DNA of 64,000 nt, taken from the NCBI GenBank assembly GCA_964016885.1, contig OZ024744.1, forward strand, positions 40,052,001 through 40,116,000, in the 5' to 3' direction. The notes beneath the pieces are model-generated. The model was not told the DNA's origin and made no database searches. It worked only from the letters and a program-made list of their open reading frames with translations. Within the stretch, counting starts at the first letter, position 1. Every line of letters starts with the position of its first letter. Shown in pieces: positions 62,590 to 64,000 of this stretch. A program made the translations under genes and the position numbers. This DNA comes from Eledone cirrhosa (Eukaryota).

Positions 62590-62950
62590 GTTTCCAATGA
62601 AGATCTGCGTATGTGCATGCATCAACCCGCAGCCTCCTGCCACGTCGCCATCCACCACATGTGCTGGTACAGATATGACCTCTGCTGTCTGCCGCCAGAT
62701 TATCCTACCAGAGCCATACTCTCATTTGACACAGCAGCTGTGAGCTGGAAGAGGCCCTGTGGCAAACCTTGCACTAGATAGGTGGATGTGATTAAGAAAT
62801 ATCTCCAGAGGCTCGACATCACCTTGGAGGATGCAGAGGGGCTGGCAAGGGACTGCCAGTGGTGGAAGGTACTGGTGAACCTGGTTGGTACCATGCATGA
62901 TGACACCTCTGGGATCACTGACCGAGGATGATTCCAGTTTCATCAAGCAA
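62590..62950 (+). mobile_element. Old RTE-like 3' fragment
   Basis: One frame reads WKRPCGKPCTR*VDVIKKYL...AEGLARDCQWWK. Confidence 0.55.
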
Positions 62951-63076
62951 GAGTTAGAAGAAAGAAAGAAGAGACATTTTTTCCTTCTCCATTACTACGT
63001 TATCTTGTTCAGTGCTTAATCCTTTTGTCACCAACATGATTCTGTAAAACAAATCCTCCCATTTTAAGAATTCTTA

Positions 63077-64000
63077 TCTATACAGTGAATGTTCGTTTAT
63101 CCGGATAAGAGAATTCTAAAATCCCATTGTTAGATAATGCTTGTGGTTTCTAATGTTTTGGCTTCTTTTATTCAAAATAAAGGACAAATGCTAAGTAAAT
63201 AAAGTTTATTAGAATAACAAAAGAACAGCTAGAATTTATAAGAAAGTTAATTAAACAAACATAAGAATAACTAAATACTTGGTAAAACTGAATTGAGTCA
63301 AACCATAAAAAGTTAGTACTTTTTTAAAAATGAATAAATAGAAGATTGTTTTCGCGCCGAAGCTCGTAATTCCGCTACCATTTCCATGCAACAGCTGAAC
63401 GGTCAACCACCTCCCTCATATTTATCGCACGTAAAAATGGAATCATTCCCGTGTCCCCTTTTCCGATCAAATCCCGCAGCAATTGTTTTCTGTAAATCCG
63501 CTTTAGTGTCTCCAAAACTCCCTGGTCTATTGGCTGAATAAGTGATGTAACGTTCGTCGGAAGAAATGCTGTCCGAATCTGTCCGTCTGCCGAAATCAAG
63601 TCTTCCTCATCCGGAGGTAGCATAGAAATAGCTGTCCGGTAAATCGAATTTCGGAAAAGTGATATCCGGATAAGCGAAGATGCACTGTATATCTAAAACA
63701 GAGAATGTCTGTCTGTCTGACTCCCTAAAACTTGAGAACCACCCAACCAATTGTTTTCAAATTTTAATTCAGGATGTTTGTTTACAAACACACCGAGCAT
63801 TATAATAAATGTTCGGTGAATCCATACGTACATATATATATGTGTGCATGTATGTATATATATATATACATACTACTGTACGTCTGTATACATATATGTA
63901 TGTACGTGTACATACTTATATTTAAGTAACAGCCGTACTAAGAGTGGGAAATGAAATTTCGTTTCATTTTTTCCGTTTATCGTTTTCGGTGCGCCTGGCC
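63077..64000 (+). mobile_element. Probable Helitron 5' end interrupted by the Tigger element
   Basis: Removing the Tigger restores A|TCTATATCTAAAACAGAGAATGTCTGTCTGTCTG, a Helitron-like start. The 3' end is not in the window. Confidence 0.5.
63083..63687 (-). mobile_element. Internally deleted pogo/Tigger DNA transposon with TIRs and TA duplication
   Basis: TIRs cagtgaatgttcgtttatccggata / tatccggataagcgaagatgcactg; DDE fragment FLPTNVTSLIQPIDQGVLETLKRIYRK. Confidence 0.9.

Overview
AT-rich eukaryotic (animal) genomic DNA, most likely an octopod cephalopod. The species call is an inference from the dense TA/ATG/ATT/CATA microsatellites and the SINE/LINE repertoire. The only host gene I can support is ABHD11 on the + strand: two coding exons (16490-16634 and 49009-49182) separated by a 32.4-kb intron. 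The flanking exons were not found. Almost everything else is transposable-element sequence: L1/Tx1-clade LINEs, RTE-clade LINEs, R4/Dong-like and CRE-like restriction-like-endonuclease elements, Penelope remnants with minimal hammerhead ribozymes, tRNA-derived SINEs, mariner, pogo/Tigger, piggyBac-type MITEs and Helitrons. Most notable: (1) a C4HC3 PHD-type finger inserted inside the reverse-transcriptase domain of one RTE family; (2) a consensus 5' splice site overlapping the ORF1 stop codon in three divergent Tx1 elements; (3) apparent microsatellite-niche targeting, with Tx1 subfamilies stacking head-to-tail in their own (ATT)n or (TATC)n tails; (4) an RTE with three C-terminal C2H2 fingers plus a ~610-bp non-autonomous derivative arrayed four times in (CATA)n; (5) four minimal hammerhead ribozyme motifs, one apparently intact. 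TE boundaries are approximate, and no database searches were run.
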